DNA of 64,000 bases from an uncultured Nitrososphaerota archaeon (GCA_963799845.1 CAWCYI010000006.1:576001-640000), one strand, 5' to 3'. Shown: positions 1 to 9,969, counted from the stretch's first letter. The notes: a model not told the origin generated them from the sequence alone. Made by a program: numbers and translations.

Positions 1-964
1 CGACAAAATCGTCCAAGTATTGGTTAATCATCTGGGTGGCGTTTCCGCTTGGGTTTGAATATGGCAGGGTGTAGCCGTTGCTCGCCTGGCTCCAGAGGGC
101 GAGATCTTTCTGCATCGTATAGTCGGGAGCGATGATGTTCGCCCAGAGGTTTGCAATGAGGTATGGCAGCGCCGCGTTTGGATTTTGAATGTGCAAAGTG
201 AGCGTATAGGGGCCGGTTATCTGTACAAAATCCTGCCCTAGGACTTCGCCCGCCCAAGCCTGAGTGTAATTCTGTGGCCCGCTGAAGACCGTGCTGAGAC
301 TCTTGTTTTCAAGCTGTTGCAGGATCCAGGACGCCTGCGTCCCATGCGATGGCGGGGCGCTACCATCAAAAATCAGCAGTCTGTTGAATGCGAAATATAC
401 GGAAGTGGAATTCATCTGCTCCCCGTCGGCAAAGTTGATTCCGGTTCTTAGAGTAAAGTTGGCAGTTAGTCCGTTGGCAGCAATAGAGTAATTCTGCGCA
501 AGCCAGGGGACTACTGCTGCTCCGTTCGTCCCGTTGAACCAGAGAAGCGGCTCGTAGACATTCTGTTGAATCGCGGCACCGTAAATGTCGTAAGAGACCT
601 GAGGATCGATGTACTGGATTGTCGAATAAGTCTCGAACGTAAGTACCTGCGGAATTGCCGCGCTTGACGAAGAACTGGAGCTTGTCGAGGAGCTCGAAGT
701 GGAGGAAGACGATGAACTTGTGGAGGATTGGCTAACTAGAGAAGATGTTGATGATGACGATGAAACTGAGGAGGACTGGCTGGTCGAGGACGAAGAACTC
801 GAAGAAGCGGGCAAGGTTGTCGAAGTGGTGGAAGAAGAGCTGGCTCTGCTTAATGTCAAAGCCAGTCCACCTGCAACAATAATGATAATGATAACTACAA
901 CTATTCCAATCGTCACCGTTCGGGAAATAGCATTCAAGAACCTAGATTTACGAGATGAGAGCAT
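1..964 (-). CDS. ABC transporter substrate-binding protein, peptide/family 5-like (partial, runs off the window start)
   Basis: Manual translation from ATG at 964: MLSSRKSRFLNAISRTVTIGIVVIIIIVAGG (TM anchor), a ~60-aa Ser/Thr linker, then IDPQVSYDIYGAAIQQNVYEPLLWF...VPWLAQNYSIAANGLTANFTLRTGINFADG, typical of the SBP_bac_5 N-terminus. Absent from the ORF track because it has no stop in the window. Confidence 0.88.
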   Translation of the reverse strand, partial: MLSSRKSRFLNAISRTVTIGIVVVIIIIIVAGGLALTLSRASSSSTTSTTLPASSSSSSSTSQSSSVSSSSSTSSLVSQSSTSSSSSSTSSSSTSSSSSSSAAIPQVLTFETYSTIQYIDPQVSYDIYGAAIQQNVYEPLLWFNGTNGAAVVPWLAQNYSIAANGLTANFTLRTGINFADGEQMNSTSVYFAFNRLLIFDGSAPPSHGTQASWILQQLENKSLSTVFSGPQNYTQAWAGEVLGQDFVQITGPYTLTLHIQNPNAALPYLIANLWANIIAPDYTMQKDLALWSQASNGYTLPYSNPSGNATQMINQYLDDFV

Positions 965-1247
965 TGAAGCAATCGTGAAATGATCCATTATATTAAGAAT
1001 TTTCGGGATTCCCGCGCAGGAAATGAATATTTCAAGATAAGAAAAACGACCTAGGTACCTGCTTAGACAGGGCAGGCGCCCTAACTTATCATGGTTGACG
1101 CAAATACTAAGTCCGTTTCAAGTCAGGCAGAATCAACTTGCATTATTGGCTAGAGATAGCACTCAAGATATCGGTAGTTTTCAGCATTGTCGAGGAGCTG
1201 CGATCCGCACTTTGGACAGTAGAAGTACGTTGATTCCTTTGTACTCA

Positions 1248-2468
1248 CTAGAACTGGTTACCGCAATTCGGGCAGAACTTTGCCGAAGCCTTTATACTCG
1301 CTCCGCATTTAGGACATATTTTTTGATCCTGAGCCTGCGCAACAGCTGCCCCGCAATTGGGACAGAACTTTTGTCCCGGAGATAAGGGGGTGCCGCACTG
1401 GGCGCAGAATATCTGTTTTCCATCGCCCTGAGTTTGAGCCGCAGGTGCAGCCTGCTGTTTCGGGACTGCCGCTTGGTTCTGATTTGCGCCGCAGTTGGGA
1501 CAGAAAGTGTTCCCGGCGGGAATAATCGATCCGCAGTTGATGCACGCCTTTGTAGGCTGTTGCGCGCCCATCATTCCCTGAGCAAACTGGCCGCCCACCG
1601 CTCCCCCGAGACCTATTCCCGCTCCCAGGCCAACTCCTGCTGCCGCGACACCACCGCTTGGATTGCTCGCAGCTTCTGTCATCGCCTGACCCGCCTGGTA
1701 CTGCATGTAGTTGACGCCGAGAACCGACATCTGCGATCTCGTGTCTATCGCCTTCTGGACTTCCTCCGGGAGGCTGATAGTCAGACCGGAGATTTTGTTG
1801 ATTTCGACACCGTACTGACCAAAGTTGTCGGGAGAAGTGGCAAGGATCACCTGCTCCAGGTTAGTCAGATTTCCCGCGAGATCGGTCACCTTCATTCCCT
1901 GCGCCTTCATCTTTCCGAGGGCGTTGTAGACGAGGATGAGCATCTGCTCGCGAAGTCTCGACTCGACGTCTGCTGAAGTTTCCGCGCTGAACGTTCCGAC
2001 GAACTGATTAATGAAATTCTCCGGCCCAGAGACCCGCCACCTGTACTCGCCGAAAACCCGGAGGTTTATTATACCGAAGGTTGGATCGGTGAACTGGTAA
2101 GGCTGGGTTGATCCAAACTTACCGTCCATGAACCTTTTCTGGAGATAGTATACCTCTGCCTGCTGCTGTACGCCTGTGAAAAATTTCAAGAGGCTGCCGA
2201 CTATCGGGGCGTTGAAATCCGTCAGAGCGTACCTGTTGGGCTGATCGAAATAGGTGAGCACCTTGCCGTCCCTGTAGAAGACGGCGATTTCATCTTCCCT
2301 AACGACAATGTTGTCGTTCAACCTAATCAAACGCGGGACCTTCCACATCACGTTGTCCTGCTTTTGGGCATCGTCCCATGCGATCGTAGTAGAACCCATT
2401 ACGCTGCCACCCGAACCTGGGTTGGCAGTGTTTGTCGTATCCGTATTCGATTTCTTTCCGAACACCAA
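1248..2468 (-). CDS. SPFH/band-7 domain protein (YdjI-like) with three C-terminal zinc ribbons
   Basis: IVVREDEIAVFYRDGK...FGSTQPYQFTDPTFGIINLRVFGEY...ISLPEEVQKAID matches YdjI-type SPFH; Gly/Ala-rich linker; three CxxC-x10-CPNC ribbons. Confidence 0.88.
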   Translation of the reverse strand: MVFGKKSNTDTTNTANPGSGGSVMGSTTIAWDDAQKQDNVMWKVPRLIRLNDNIVVREDEIAVFYRDGKVLTYFDQPNRYALTDFNAPIVGSLLKFFTGVQQQAEVYYLQKRFMDGKFGSTQPYQFTDPTFGIINLRVFGEYRWRVSGPENFINQFVGTFSAETSADVESRLREQMLILVYNALGKMKAQGMKVTDLAGNLTNLEQVILATSPDNFGQYGVEINKISGLTISLPEEVQKAIDTRSQMSVLGVNYMQYQAGQAMTEAASNPSGGVAAAGVGLGAGIGLGGAVGGQFAQGMMGAQQPTKACINCGSIIPAGNTFCPNCGANQNQAAVPKQQAAPAAQTQGDGKQIFCAQCGTPLSPGQKFCPNCGAAVAQAQDQKICPKCGASIKASAKFCPNCGNQF

Positions 2469-2478
2469 TTATTTCACT

Positions 2479-3078
2479 CTAACCAGAACTTTTTGCCTGC
2501 GCGCCTTGGAGAATGTTCTCGACGGCTTCGATCCTCTGTGCCCATTTCTGCTTGAAATCCAAGAGCACGCCCTGAAGCCTCTGAAGCTGGGGCTGAATCG
2601 AGGCGGCATTTGCCGGATCGTAGGAAAGATTAGGGGCAGATGTATTGTTGACGAGTGCAATTGCCGCATTTACAAACGCGTAATCGTACTCATATAGCTG
2701 ATTCAACCGTGCGTCATCAAATGAGAATGTTGCGGCGAAGCCCGAGTACCCCTGCTGCGAGTGCCTGATCTCACCGCTGAACTGCTGTAACTGGGAAATC
2801 AGAGACCCAACGGTCGATAGGTTTGTAAAATCGCCCGCAAGTACCATCTGCTTTCTCAGAGATTCCATGTTTCCTTTTGCCAGATCAATCTTGTCCGCGA
2901 CTTGGTTTCTCAAGAGATCGTCCGAAACACGGATGTCTTCTTTGGACCGGTATCCACGGAGGCCTGGGATTATCAACTGTAATTTCTTAAGCGTCCCTCT
3001 CCCCTGATCCACCTGCTGGCGAATATCAGGATCTGACTGATCGGACGGCGGCGAACCTGCCGATTGCGGTGAAGACAT
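2479..3078 (-). CDS. Conserved hypothetical alpha-helical protein, likely co-transcribed with the SPFH gene
   Basis: 199-aa ORF with ATG start, 10 bp from the SPFH gene; IPGLRGYRSKEDIRVSDDLLR and LNQLYEYD motifs; helical composition. Confidence 0.75.
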   Translation of the reverse strand: MSSPQSAGSPPSDQSDPDIRQQVDQGRGTLKKLQLIIPGLRGYRSKEDIRVSDDLLRNQVADKIDLAKGNMESLRKQMVLAGDFTNLSTVGSLISQLQQFSGEIRHSQQGYSGFAATFSFDDARLNQLYEYDYAFVNAAIALVNNTSAPNLSYDPANAASIQPQLQRLQGVLLDFKQKWAQRIEAVENILQGAQAKSSG

Positions 3079-3260
3079 TCTAATTCAGCTCCCTAATTTT
3101 ATTTCGACATCGTATATACTTATTCAACATTATACGGCAGATCGATTTCGGCCAAACGAACGATCTGTCGCAGCCTCCCAATAAACGTATTCCAAGCTAG
3201 AGACTCTGTTTCGATCGCTCGAATTTCGAGCGGATACCAAAGAGACGTTTATTCGAGTAC

Positions 3261-3470
3261 TCAGATTCTAGATAAACGAAGGATGTTGTTCGCAAACCTC
3301 GTCAGGATTAGGGAAAGGATCGAAAATCCAAGCACGACCAGAAATGCAAACTGAAGTGCGGCAAAGTGAATCGAAAGCGGAACAAGAAATAAGATCAGAG
3401 CTAATGCAAACGAATTCTTTGGATCGCGAAATCTCAGGGCACAGGTGCTCGTTGCGGTAATCCAAAACAC
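3261..3470 (-). CDS. Possible small two-TM membrane protein
   Basis: Hydrophobic stretch FALALILFLVPLSIHFAALQFAFLVVLGFSILSLIL; GTG at 3470 follows AGGGGA. The ORF-track start (3635) lies inside the IS end and is unlikely. Confidence 0.3.
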   Translation of the reverse strand: MFWITATSTCALRFRDPKNSFALALILFLVPLSIHFAALQFAFLVVLGFSILSLILTRFANNILRLSRI

Positions 3471-3620
3471 TCCCCTCTGAAATCGTGTATTGCGCTTTTG
3501 AATAGAATCCTTGAGATTATCAATATACTTCAGTACTCGGACGGTTCTGATTCTCAAACCGGAATTCAGAACTGTCAAATTATTCTGGCTTTTATGACGT
3601 TTTCGGAGGTACAAATTAAT

Positions 3621-4657
3621 TCTCTTTTCCGACAATTATTTCGCAAGCTGGTAAACAGGAGTAGACTGGGAGAGTTTTGGAAGAGCGTAACAAAGCGTTA
3701 CGAGAAACATGTGCCCGCGAAGCTTGATAGCGACAAGATCAGTTACCTCTTCAGAGCTAGAGAAAGGGGCGAGACCTGCGCAAACATTGCTCTCCAGCTC
3801 GGGGTGTCAAAGAGGAGGGTTGAGCAGATACTTGCCCAGCATAGGAAAGGTGGGGGTGTGCCTCTCCTCCTCAAGAAACCAGGAAGGAAAAGCATTCCAA
3901 TTACCGACGAGGAAACTTCACTCGTCATTGATGCTTATCAGAGATATAGGGCAAACGCCCTCTACCTTGAACGAAAGATCGAGAGCGATAGCAAGATTCA
4001 CATCAACCACAACAGGATACACAGGGTGCTCCTGATGAACTCCTTTGCGTCAAACTCTAGGAAGAAGTGGATAAGGAGGAAGTGGGTCAGATACGAGAGG
4101 GAACACTCGAATTCATTATGGCATACGGACTGGCACGAGGTAAAGGATCCGAGGTGGAAGGGCAAGTGGCTCACCTGCTATGAAGATGATGCTTCTCGTC
4201 TCATTACCGGATTTGGGGTCCATGAAACGCTGACCTCGGAGTACTCTGTTTCCTGTCTTGAGAGCGCCATGAAGGAACACGGCAAACCTGCATCGATCCT
4301 ATCCGACCACGGAACCACATTTTACACGATGGAATCTGAGAGGAGGGAGAAGGGGATGACAGAATTCGAGAGGTGTCTCTTGAAGCACAAGATAAGATTC
4401 ATCCTCGGAAGAGTCAACCACCCCCAGACGAACGGCAAGATCGAGAAGTTCTTCGACATATTCGAGAGTAAGATCAAGTGGTTCTCCTCGATAGATGAGT
4501 TCATGAAGTGGTACAATGAAGTGAGGCCTCATGGAGCCCTTGACCTCAAGACGCCAACCCAGGCTTACTACGAGAAGATGCCGCAGTTAGATGCTCTTGA
4601 ATATCCTTTGTCTATGGAGGTCTCCTGACAGATGCGAAATGATTTCTGGAAAAAACA
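3621..4657 (+). mobile_element. Complete IS481-family insertion sequence (1037 bp)
   Basis: 25-bp imperfect TIRs (3621-3645 TCTCTTTTCCGACAATTATTTCGCA; reverse complement of 4633-4657 TGTTTTTTCCAGAAATCATTTCGCA; 19/25 match) flanked by the exact direct repeat GAGGTACAAATTAAT (3606-3620, 4658-4672). Confidence 0.92.
3711..4628 (+). CDS. IS481-family DDE transposase (rve integrase core)
   Basis: N-terminal HTH; LWHTDW, EDDASR, ILSDHG and HPQTNGKIEK motifs. The in-frame GTG at 3711 lies within the element. Confidence 0.92.
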   Translation: MPAKLDSDKISYLFRARERGETCANIALQLGVSKRRVEQILAQHRKGGGVPLLLKKPGRKSIPITDEETSLVIDAYQRYRANALYLERKIESDSKIHINHNRIHRVLLMNSFASNSRKKWIRRKWVRYEREHSNSLWHTDWHEVKDPRWKGKWLTCYEDDASRLITGFGVHETLTSEYSVSCLESAMKEHGKPASILSDHGTTFYTMESERREKGMTEFERCLLKHKIRFILGRVNHPQTNGKIEKFFDIFESKIKWFSSIDEFMKWYNEVRPHGALDLKTPTQAYYEKMPQLDALEYPLSMEVS

Positions 4658-4696
4658 GAGGTACAAATTAATCCTGAAAATCCTGTCAGATCATTT

Positions 4697-5935
4697 TCAG
4701 AATCCATAGCTGGACTTTAGGACAGCTGGGATTTTTTCGGAGCTTTCCGCGAGTGGAACAAGCGAAATATCCTTGAAGGGCGGAGAGTAATCCTTGAACC
4801 CGCCGCCTGTCAATATTGCGAGCACCTTTTCGTCTTGCTGAACTCTCCCCTCCTTGATCGATTTCTCGACGCCAGCGAGTGCGGTCGCGGAGGAGACTTC
4901 AGTAAAGATTCCTTCTGTAGCGGCGATCTTTCTCTGCGCGGAAATAATTTCCTCATCAGATAGTGCAATGCCGAAGCCATTTGATCGTCTTACAGCAACG
5001 AGAGCATGTTCTGTTCCAAAGTTCACGCGGAGGGCCCCCGCAACAGTGTCCGCTCTTTCTGTATCCGGTACTTTGTCAGCTCCGCTATCAATCGCTGCAA
5101 CGGTCGGACTGGAGTTCAGACCCTGCGCAACGACCATCCTCGGAATCTTGTCAACGGCTCCCCTCTCCTTAAGCTCCTGAAACCCCTTGAAAATCCCGTA
5201 GAGGAGGTCTCCCCCGGCTGTGGGGACAAGGACGTAATCTGGAAGCTCCGAATTCAAACAATCGGAAGCGATTTCGTATGCGATTGTCTTCAGCCCGTCG
5301 ATGAGAAGAGGATTGTAAGGTGCCCATACAAAATGATTCAGCCAGTCGGGGAGCGCCTTTTGTGTAAGATCAAGTGCTCGAGCAAGCGTTTGCTGGTTAC
5401 GAAAGATCTCCCTGACCCTGAGCAAGTCAGCCCCGTACATCGCTATCTGGCCGAGTTTGGAGGGAGTAGAGTCTTCCCTTATCAAAACGAGGCACCTGAG
5501 CCCTGCTCTTGCCGAATAAGCAGAAATCGCGGCGGCGGCATTTCCGGAGGAAGCAGTAAAGACCCCAGGCTTGTGCCACTCCATGGCGAGTGAAAGCCCC
5601 AGTGAAGCTGCACGGTCCTTGAAAGATCCGCTCGGATTTTGACCTTCGACCTTGCACCAGAGACTCGAACTACCGATCAAATTTCCATACCTTCTTGCTT
5701 CGATTAAAGGAGTCCACCCCTCACGCATCGAGATGATGTTTGCATCATAAACCGGCGGCATCATATCCCTGAACTGCCAGATGGATTTTCTCGGCGCATT
5801 GAGATCGAATTCCTTTCCGTCGAGGTCGTATCTCCCGCTTAAAATGCCGGAACATTTCGCGCATCGCGAATGAGTGTCAACCGGATATTCAGCTTCGCAT
5901 GAAATGCACCGGAGGGATTGGAAGCGGTTTTTCAC
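4697..5935 (-). CDS. Threonine synthase-like PLP-dependent enzyme (fold type II)
   Basis: N-terminal Zn ribbon; EGWTPL, KVEGQNPSGSFKDR, ASSGNAA, GLKTIAYEI and ILTGGGFK motifs. Confidence 0.85.
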   Translation of the reverse strand: MKNRFQSLRCISCEAEYPVDTHSRCAKCSGILSGRYDLDGKEFDLNAPRKSIWQFRDMMPPVYDANIISMREGWTPLIEARRYGNLIGSSSLWCKVEGQNPSGSFKDRAASLGLSLAMEWHKPGVFTASSGNAAAAISAYSARAGLRCLVLIREDSTPSKLGQIAMYGADLLRVREIFRNQQTLARALDLTQKALPDWLNHFVWAPYNPLLIDGLKTIAYEIASDCLNSELPDYVLVPTAGGDLLYGIFKGFQELKERGAVDKIPRMVVAQGLNSSPTVAAIDSGADKVPDTERADTVAGALRVNFGTEHALVAVRRSNGFGIALSDEEIISAQRKIAATEGIFTEVSSATALAGVEKSIKEGRVQQDEKVLAILTGGGFKDYSPPFKDISLVPLAESSEKIPAVLKSSYGF

Positions 5936-5977
5936 AAATTACACTTTCCTTGTGCCCTAATGATATTGTTTGCTGGG

Positions 5978-7120
5978 TTAGATGATCAGCTTTTCTTTCT
6001 CCAGCGAACGATTCTTGAATCGGTTAATGTCAAGCGTCGATACGTCGATGTGTGGCTTTTTTCCAACTAGAATTTCTGCCATGATTTTGCCTATGGCAGG
6101 CGAGTGCATAAAGCCGTGGCCGGCAAATCCCGCACAGCAGTAAAGTCCCTCGATTTCCGGAATTGCCGAGACTATTGGATTGGCGTCGGGCGCCATCTCG
6201 TAGAGGCCCTGATTTGCGTAGGAGATTGAAGCTTCCGCAAGGGCTGGCACTCGCTCAATAGCTCGTGACATCAACCGCTCGTCGTGGTCTGGAGGAAATT
6301 CTAACTCAAACCCGGGACGCGTATTCTGGTTGTCTCCGATCAGGATACCGTTGCCTTCTCTACCAAGAGCGAGCGTCGAGTCCACGTCGATTACCAGGGG
6401 GATACTCAAAGGAATTCCGTTCGTCAAGCTTCTAGTTACCAGAACCCGTCGAGGAACTGGAACGATCGGAATATCGATTCCTGCGAGCTTACCGACCAGT
6501 CCCGAGTAAGCGCCAGCGGCAATAACTATCTTATCGCACTGAACCAAGTTGTCAGAAGCTATCAATCCTTTGACATGACTTTCGACTCTGATTTCGGTGA
6601 CATCACAGTTTTCGTTGAACTCGACACCCATCTCCTTCGCTTTTGAAACAAAACCCTGGTGTATCGCGAGAGTGGAGGCATGTCCATCCTCTCCGCAAAA
6701 AGTCCCACCGAGGATCCCCGTAAAGTCGTAGAATGGAAGACGGCTTTCCAGCTCTTCCCGGGAAACAAATTCAATAGGTACACCCAAGCTTCTCTGTAGG
6801 TCCATGTTCTTCTGAAGTTGGTGGATCGACGATTCCCGAGATGCTATGAATGTGTAGCCGTCGTGTCGAACGAGCGGATCATAACCGGCAAGTTCTTTGA
6901 AGTTGTCGATGATCCCGATGCTTTCTTGGCTCAGGCGAACGCTGAGTTCGTTTGAGAACTGGTAACGAAAACCACCGAGTGAGGCCGAGGTGCTGCCGCT
7001 TCCTGCCTTTCCCTTGTCAAATACTGCGACATCATTCGCCCCGTACAGAGCCAAGTTGTAGGCGATACTGGCGCCAATAATTCCAGCGCCTATTATCGCG
7101 ATCGAAACTCTTGACTTCAA
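5978..7120 (-). CDS. FAD-dependent oxidoreductase (sarcosine oxidase beta / DAO family)
   Basis: IIGAGIIG dinucleotide-binding motif; GLYEMAPDANPIV; GFAGHGFMHSPAIG. Confidence 0.9.
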   Translation of the reverse strand: MKSRVSIAIIGAGIIGASIAYNLALYGANDVAVFDKGKAGSGSTSASLGGFRYQFSNELSVRLSQESIGIIDNFKELAGYDPLVRHDGYTFIASRESSIHQLQKNMDLQRSLGVPIEFVSREELESRLPFYDFTGILGGTFCGEDGHASTLAIHQGFVSKAKEMGVEFNENCDVTEIRVESHVKGLIASDNLVQCDKIVIAAGAYSGLVGKLAGIDIPIVPVPRRVLVTRSLTNGIPLSIPLVIDVDSTLALGREGNGILIGDNQNTRPGFELEFPPDHDERLMSRAIERVPALAEASISYANQGLYEMAPDANPIVSAIPEIEGLYCCAGFAGHGFMHSPAIGKIMAEILVGKKPHIDVSTLDINRFKNRSLEKEKLII

Positions 7121-7271
7121 AGTGAGATACCCTGCTTATGATGTACGAGAAACTGAAACCAAAATTGGACAAGAAATACCTTGCCGTAAAAAACTATCAA
7201 GGCATTGATCGAAAGCAAGTGTCCGGTGTCCGTTCTGCCTTCCAAAACCAAAGACCAGTCATGTCAGAGAA

Positions 7272-8004
7272 CTAAACCGCAAGTTCTCCAAGAAATAGCC
7301 GAATTATTTCGGTATCATTAAGAATCTGATCCGGGGTTCCTACGAACGCGGCCTTTCCTTGGACCAAAACCAGGCCCTTATTTGCTAGACTCAAAGCCTT
7401 TCGAGCATTTTGTTCGACCAAAATAATGGTAAGGCCCAAGTTCTCTCTAATTCCCGCAAGCTTTTGGAAAAGCTGCTCCGCGATTATTGGAGCCAGTCCC
7501 GCTGTTGGTTCATCCAGAATGAGGAGTTTTGGTTCTGCCATGAGTGCCCGGCCAACCGCAACCATCTGTCTTTCACCACCGCTTAGAAGGCCAGCCTTTT
7601 GCTTCCCTCGAGACTCAAGAATAGGAAAGAGATTGACAACGCGATCAAAAAGTTCCTTTTTCTTTGAAGAGTCTGTTATCATCGTGCCACCCATTTCGAG
7701 ATTTTCGGTCACTGTCATATCGGTAAAAACGTTCGAAATTTGAGGAACGTACCCCAATGTCATTCTAGCAATCTTTTCTGGTTTTTCCTTAGTGATATCT
7801 TTGCCCTCAAAATTCACTTTTCCTTCAAAGATAGTAGTAAGACCAACGATCGATTTTACAAGGGTACTCTTGCCAGATCCGTTAGGCCCGACCAACGCCA
7901 AAAAATCTCCCGACTGAACTGATATCGAGATACCCTGGATTATCGCCATTTTCCCGTAGCCTGAGACGATATCCTGAACTTCCAGTTGAGCCAGGGCAGC
8001 TCAC
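7272..8004 (-). CDS. livF: Branched-chain amino acid ABC transporter ATPase (start uncertain)
   Basis: GPNGSGKST, LSGGERQM, LDEPT and VEQN motifs. The conserved N-terminus LEVQDIVSGYGK lies upstream of the annotated ATG, implying a start at CTG 7994 or at GTG 8004 with a +1 error. Confidence 0.9.
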
Positions 8005-8010
8005 TTTTCC

Positions 8011-8778
8011 TCAAGCGCCAAGGTATGCGTCAATTACTCCCTGATCCTTGATAATGTCTGACGGTTTTCCTTCGGCGATTACTCGCCCCTCATGCATCAC
8101 GAAAACCTGTTCTACATGTTTGAAGAGTACCTGAAGCCTATGCTCGATAATGAAAAAAGTAGTGCCAGTATCCTTGCATTGTTTTTCAATACTCGCAAAG
8201 ATATCTTGTGCAAGTCGGGGAGCGACTCCCGCGGTTGGCTCATCAAGCAGGAGCATCTTAGGGTCCCCCGAAAGGGCGTTGGCAAGCTGCAGCAGTTTCA
8301 TTTGTCCCCCTGATATTTCAGAGGAGAGCTTGTCGTAGAGATAACTGATTTCAAGAGCATCGAGTTGGCTTCGAGTTCTTTTTGCAAGCTCCATTTCTCC
8401 AGATTCCCACTTGTTGGAAACCAGAACAAACTCTGGATTTTCACCCTTCTGGTTCTTCGCCCCAAGCATCGCGTTTTCAAGCACGGTCATACCCGAAAAT
8501 AGCCGTGGAGTCTGGAAAGTTCGTCCCAGACCGAGTTCAAAGATCTTGTGGGCTGGCAAGCCGTTGAGCCGCGTTCTATTGAATAATACCGAGCCTTTGA
8601 ACGATCCTTGTGTTCCTGAAATTACATTAAAGAGTGTAGACTTTCCGCTACCATTGGGCCCGATCAGACCTGTTATGCTTCCTCTTCTCACTGAAAGAGT
8701 TACACCATTAACCGCCATGATGGGACCAAAAGACTTTGTGACGTCCTGAACTTCTAGGATAATTTCGTCTTGATCCAC
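8011..8778 (-). CDS. livG: Branched-chain amino acid ABC transporter ATPase
   Basis: GPNGSGKST, GRTFQTPRLF, LLLDEPTAG, IEH and VIDAYLG motifs. Confidence 0.92.
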   Translation of the reverse strand: MDQDEIILEVQDVTKSFGPIMAVNGVTLSVRRGSITGLIGPNGSGKSTLFNVISGTQGSFKGSVLFNRTRLNGLPAHKIFELGLGRTFQTPRLFSGMTVLENAMLGAKNQKGENPEFVLVSNKWESGEMELAKRTRSQLDALEISYLYDKLSSEISGGQMKLLQLANALSGDPKMLLLDEPTAGVAPRLAQDIFASIEKQCKDTGTTFFIIEHRLQVLFKHVEQVFVMHEGRVIAEGKPSDIIKDQGVIDAYLGA

Positions 8779-8784
8779 AAAATT

Positions 8785-9969
8785 CTACCTCGATTGATTT
8801 TCGTCTATGGGTGAAGAATCCTTCGGCATCTCCGAAGGAGTCGATGGCAAAACTCCGTTTGGACTAGTAGCAGTTTTGGAAGGAACTGCCCCCGCGAAAT
8901 TGAACAGCTCGTAGGCCCTGGTTTTGACCCGAGTTTCAGGTATCAATCCCTTTGGTCTAAACATAAGCAGGAGGATGAGTATGATAGCTTCGACTGCGTA
9001 CTCGACATAAATCAACACCGCTGTATTGAGATTCGGAATCAAGGGTTGGAGAATTAGGCTTAGCAAGACTGAACCTCTTTCAAGGACAGTCAACACGAGA
9101 GCACCGGCTAGAACTCCGCGATTATTCGCATATCCACCGAGGATCATCATTACCCAGATAGCGAACGTGACTGCTGGAACGTAGTCGTCAGTCGACGCGG
9201 TGCCAAGATAGTAGACGTATAATCCGCCCGCTAATCCTGCCATCACTGAACCGATGATCATGATTCGTCTTCTAACTTTCGCGACATCCTTTCCTAGAGA
9301 CTCCGCCGCAATCTTGTCATCTCGTATGGACTTCAGTAATCTGCCGTAAGGAGAATTTGCGAGTTTTTGCGCCACGAGGTAGCAGATCCATACAAACGCC
9401 ATAATTATGATCGCGTAAACTACGCCAGGAAGGTCTATACCCAATTGAGAAGATCCAAACGGTGAATTCGCGTATGATTGAAAGATCCAGTAAAATGGGT
9501 TCTGTATTCCATCCACTCCATTGAAACCGCAACCGATTTGCTGGGTATTTTCTACAATTATGACAAAAGCCTCCCCTGCCACAAGCAAAATCATTGAGAG
9601 GTACCATTCTTCTTTGACTCGAATCGCAGGGTAGGAGACAAGAAGTCCTATAATTCCTCCGGCTATCATCGCAAGTATTAGGGCGATTATCCAAGTCGAT
9701 ATTGAGATCCCCGGATCCGTGCTTCCAATAGAATACCTTACGACATAAGCGCCGGCATCACAAATATTTCCGATTGGGACTCGAGCGAAGAAAGGAAGCA
9801 AGTTTGCCGCAACAATGGCGGCAACAAATGCGCCCACACCATAGAATAAAACCTGACCAAAATTCGGTTGCCCAGCATATCCATATTCTAGGTTTAGACT
9901 GATCGCTAAAATTGCATAAATGCCATAAAACGATGCGAAGCTTGCAATCAAACTTATTGCGTCTACCAT
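8785..9969 (-). CDS. livM: Branched-chain amino acid ABC transporter permease
   Basis: SLNLEYGYAGQPNFGQ; SPYGRLLKSIRDDKIAAESLG. Confidence 0.92.
   Translation of the reverse strand: MVDAISLIASFASFYGIYAILAISLNLEYGYAGQPNFGQVLFYGVGAFVAAIVAANLLPFFARVPIGNICDAGAYVVRYSIGSTDPGISISTWIIALILAMIAGGIIGLLVSYPAIRVKEEWYLSMILLVAGEAFVIIVENTQQIGCGFNGVDGIQNPFYWIFQSYANSPFGSSQLGIDLPGVVYAIIIMAFVWICYLVAQKLANSPYGRLLKSIRDDKIAAESLGKDVAKVRRRIMIIGSVMAGLAGGLYVYYLGTASTDDYVPAVTFAIWVMMILGGYANNRGVLAGALVLTVLERGSVLLSLILQPLIPNLNTAVLIYVEYAVEAIILILLLMFRPKGLIPETRVKTRAYELFNFAGAVPSKTATSPNGVLPSTPSEMPKDSSPIDENQSR

Noticed and set aside
699-983. Highly acidic 94-aa ORF on the + strand
   Set aside because: It is the antisense shadow of the Ser/Thr linker and TM segment of the minus-strand binding protein.
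3498-3710. N-terminal extension of the IS481 transposase in the ORF track
   Set aside because: It starts outside the element boundary (3621); GTG 3711 is more plausible.
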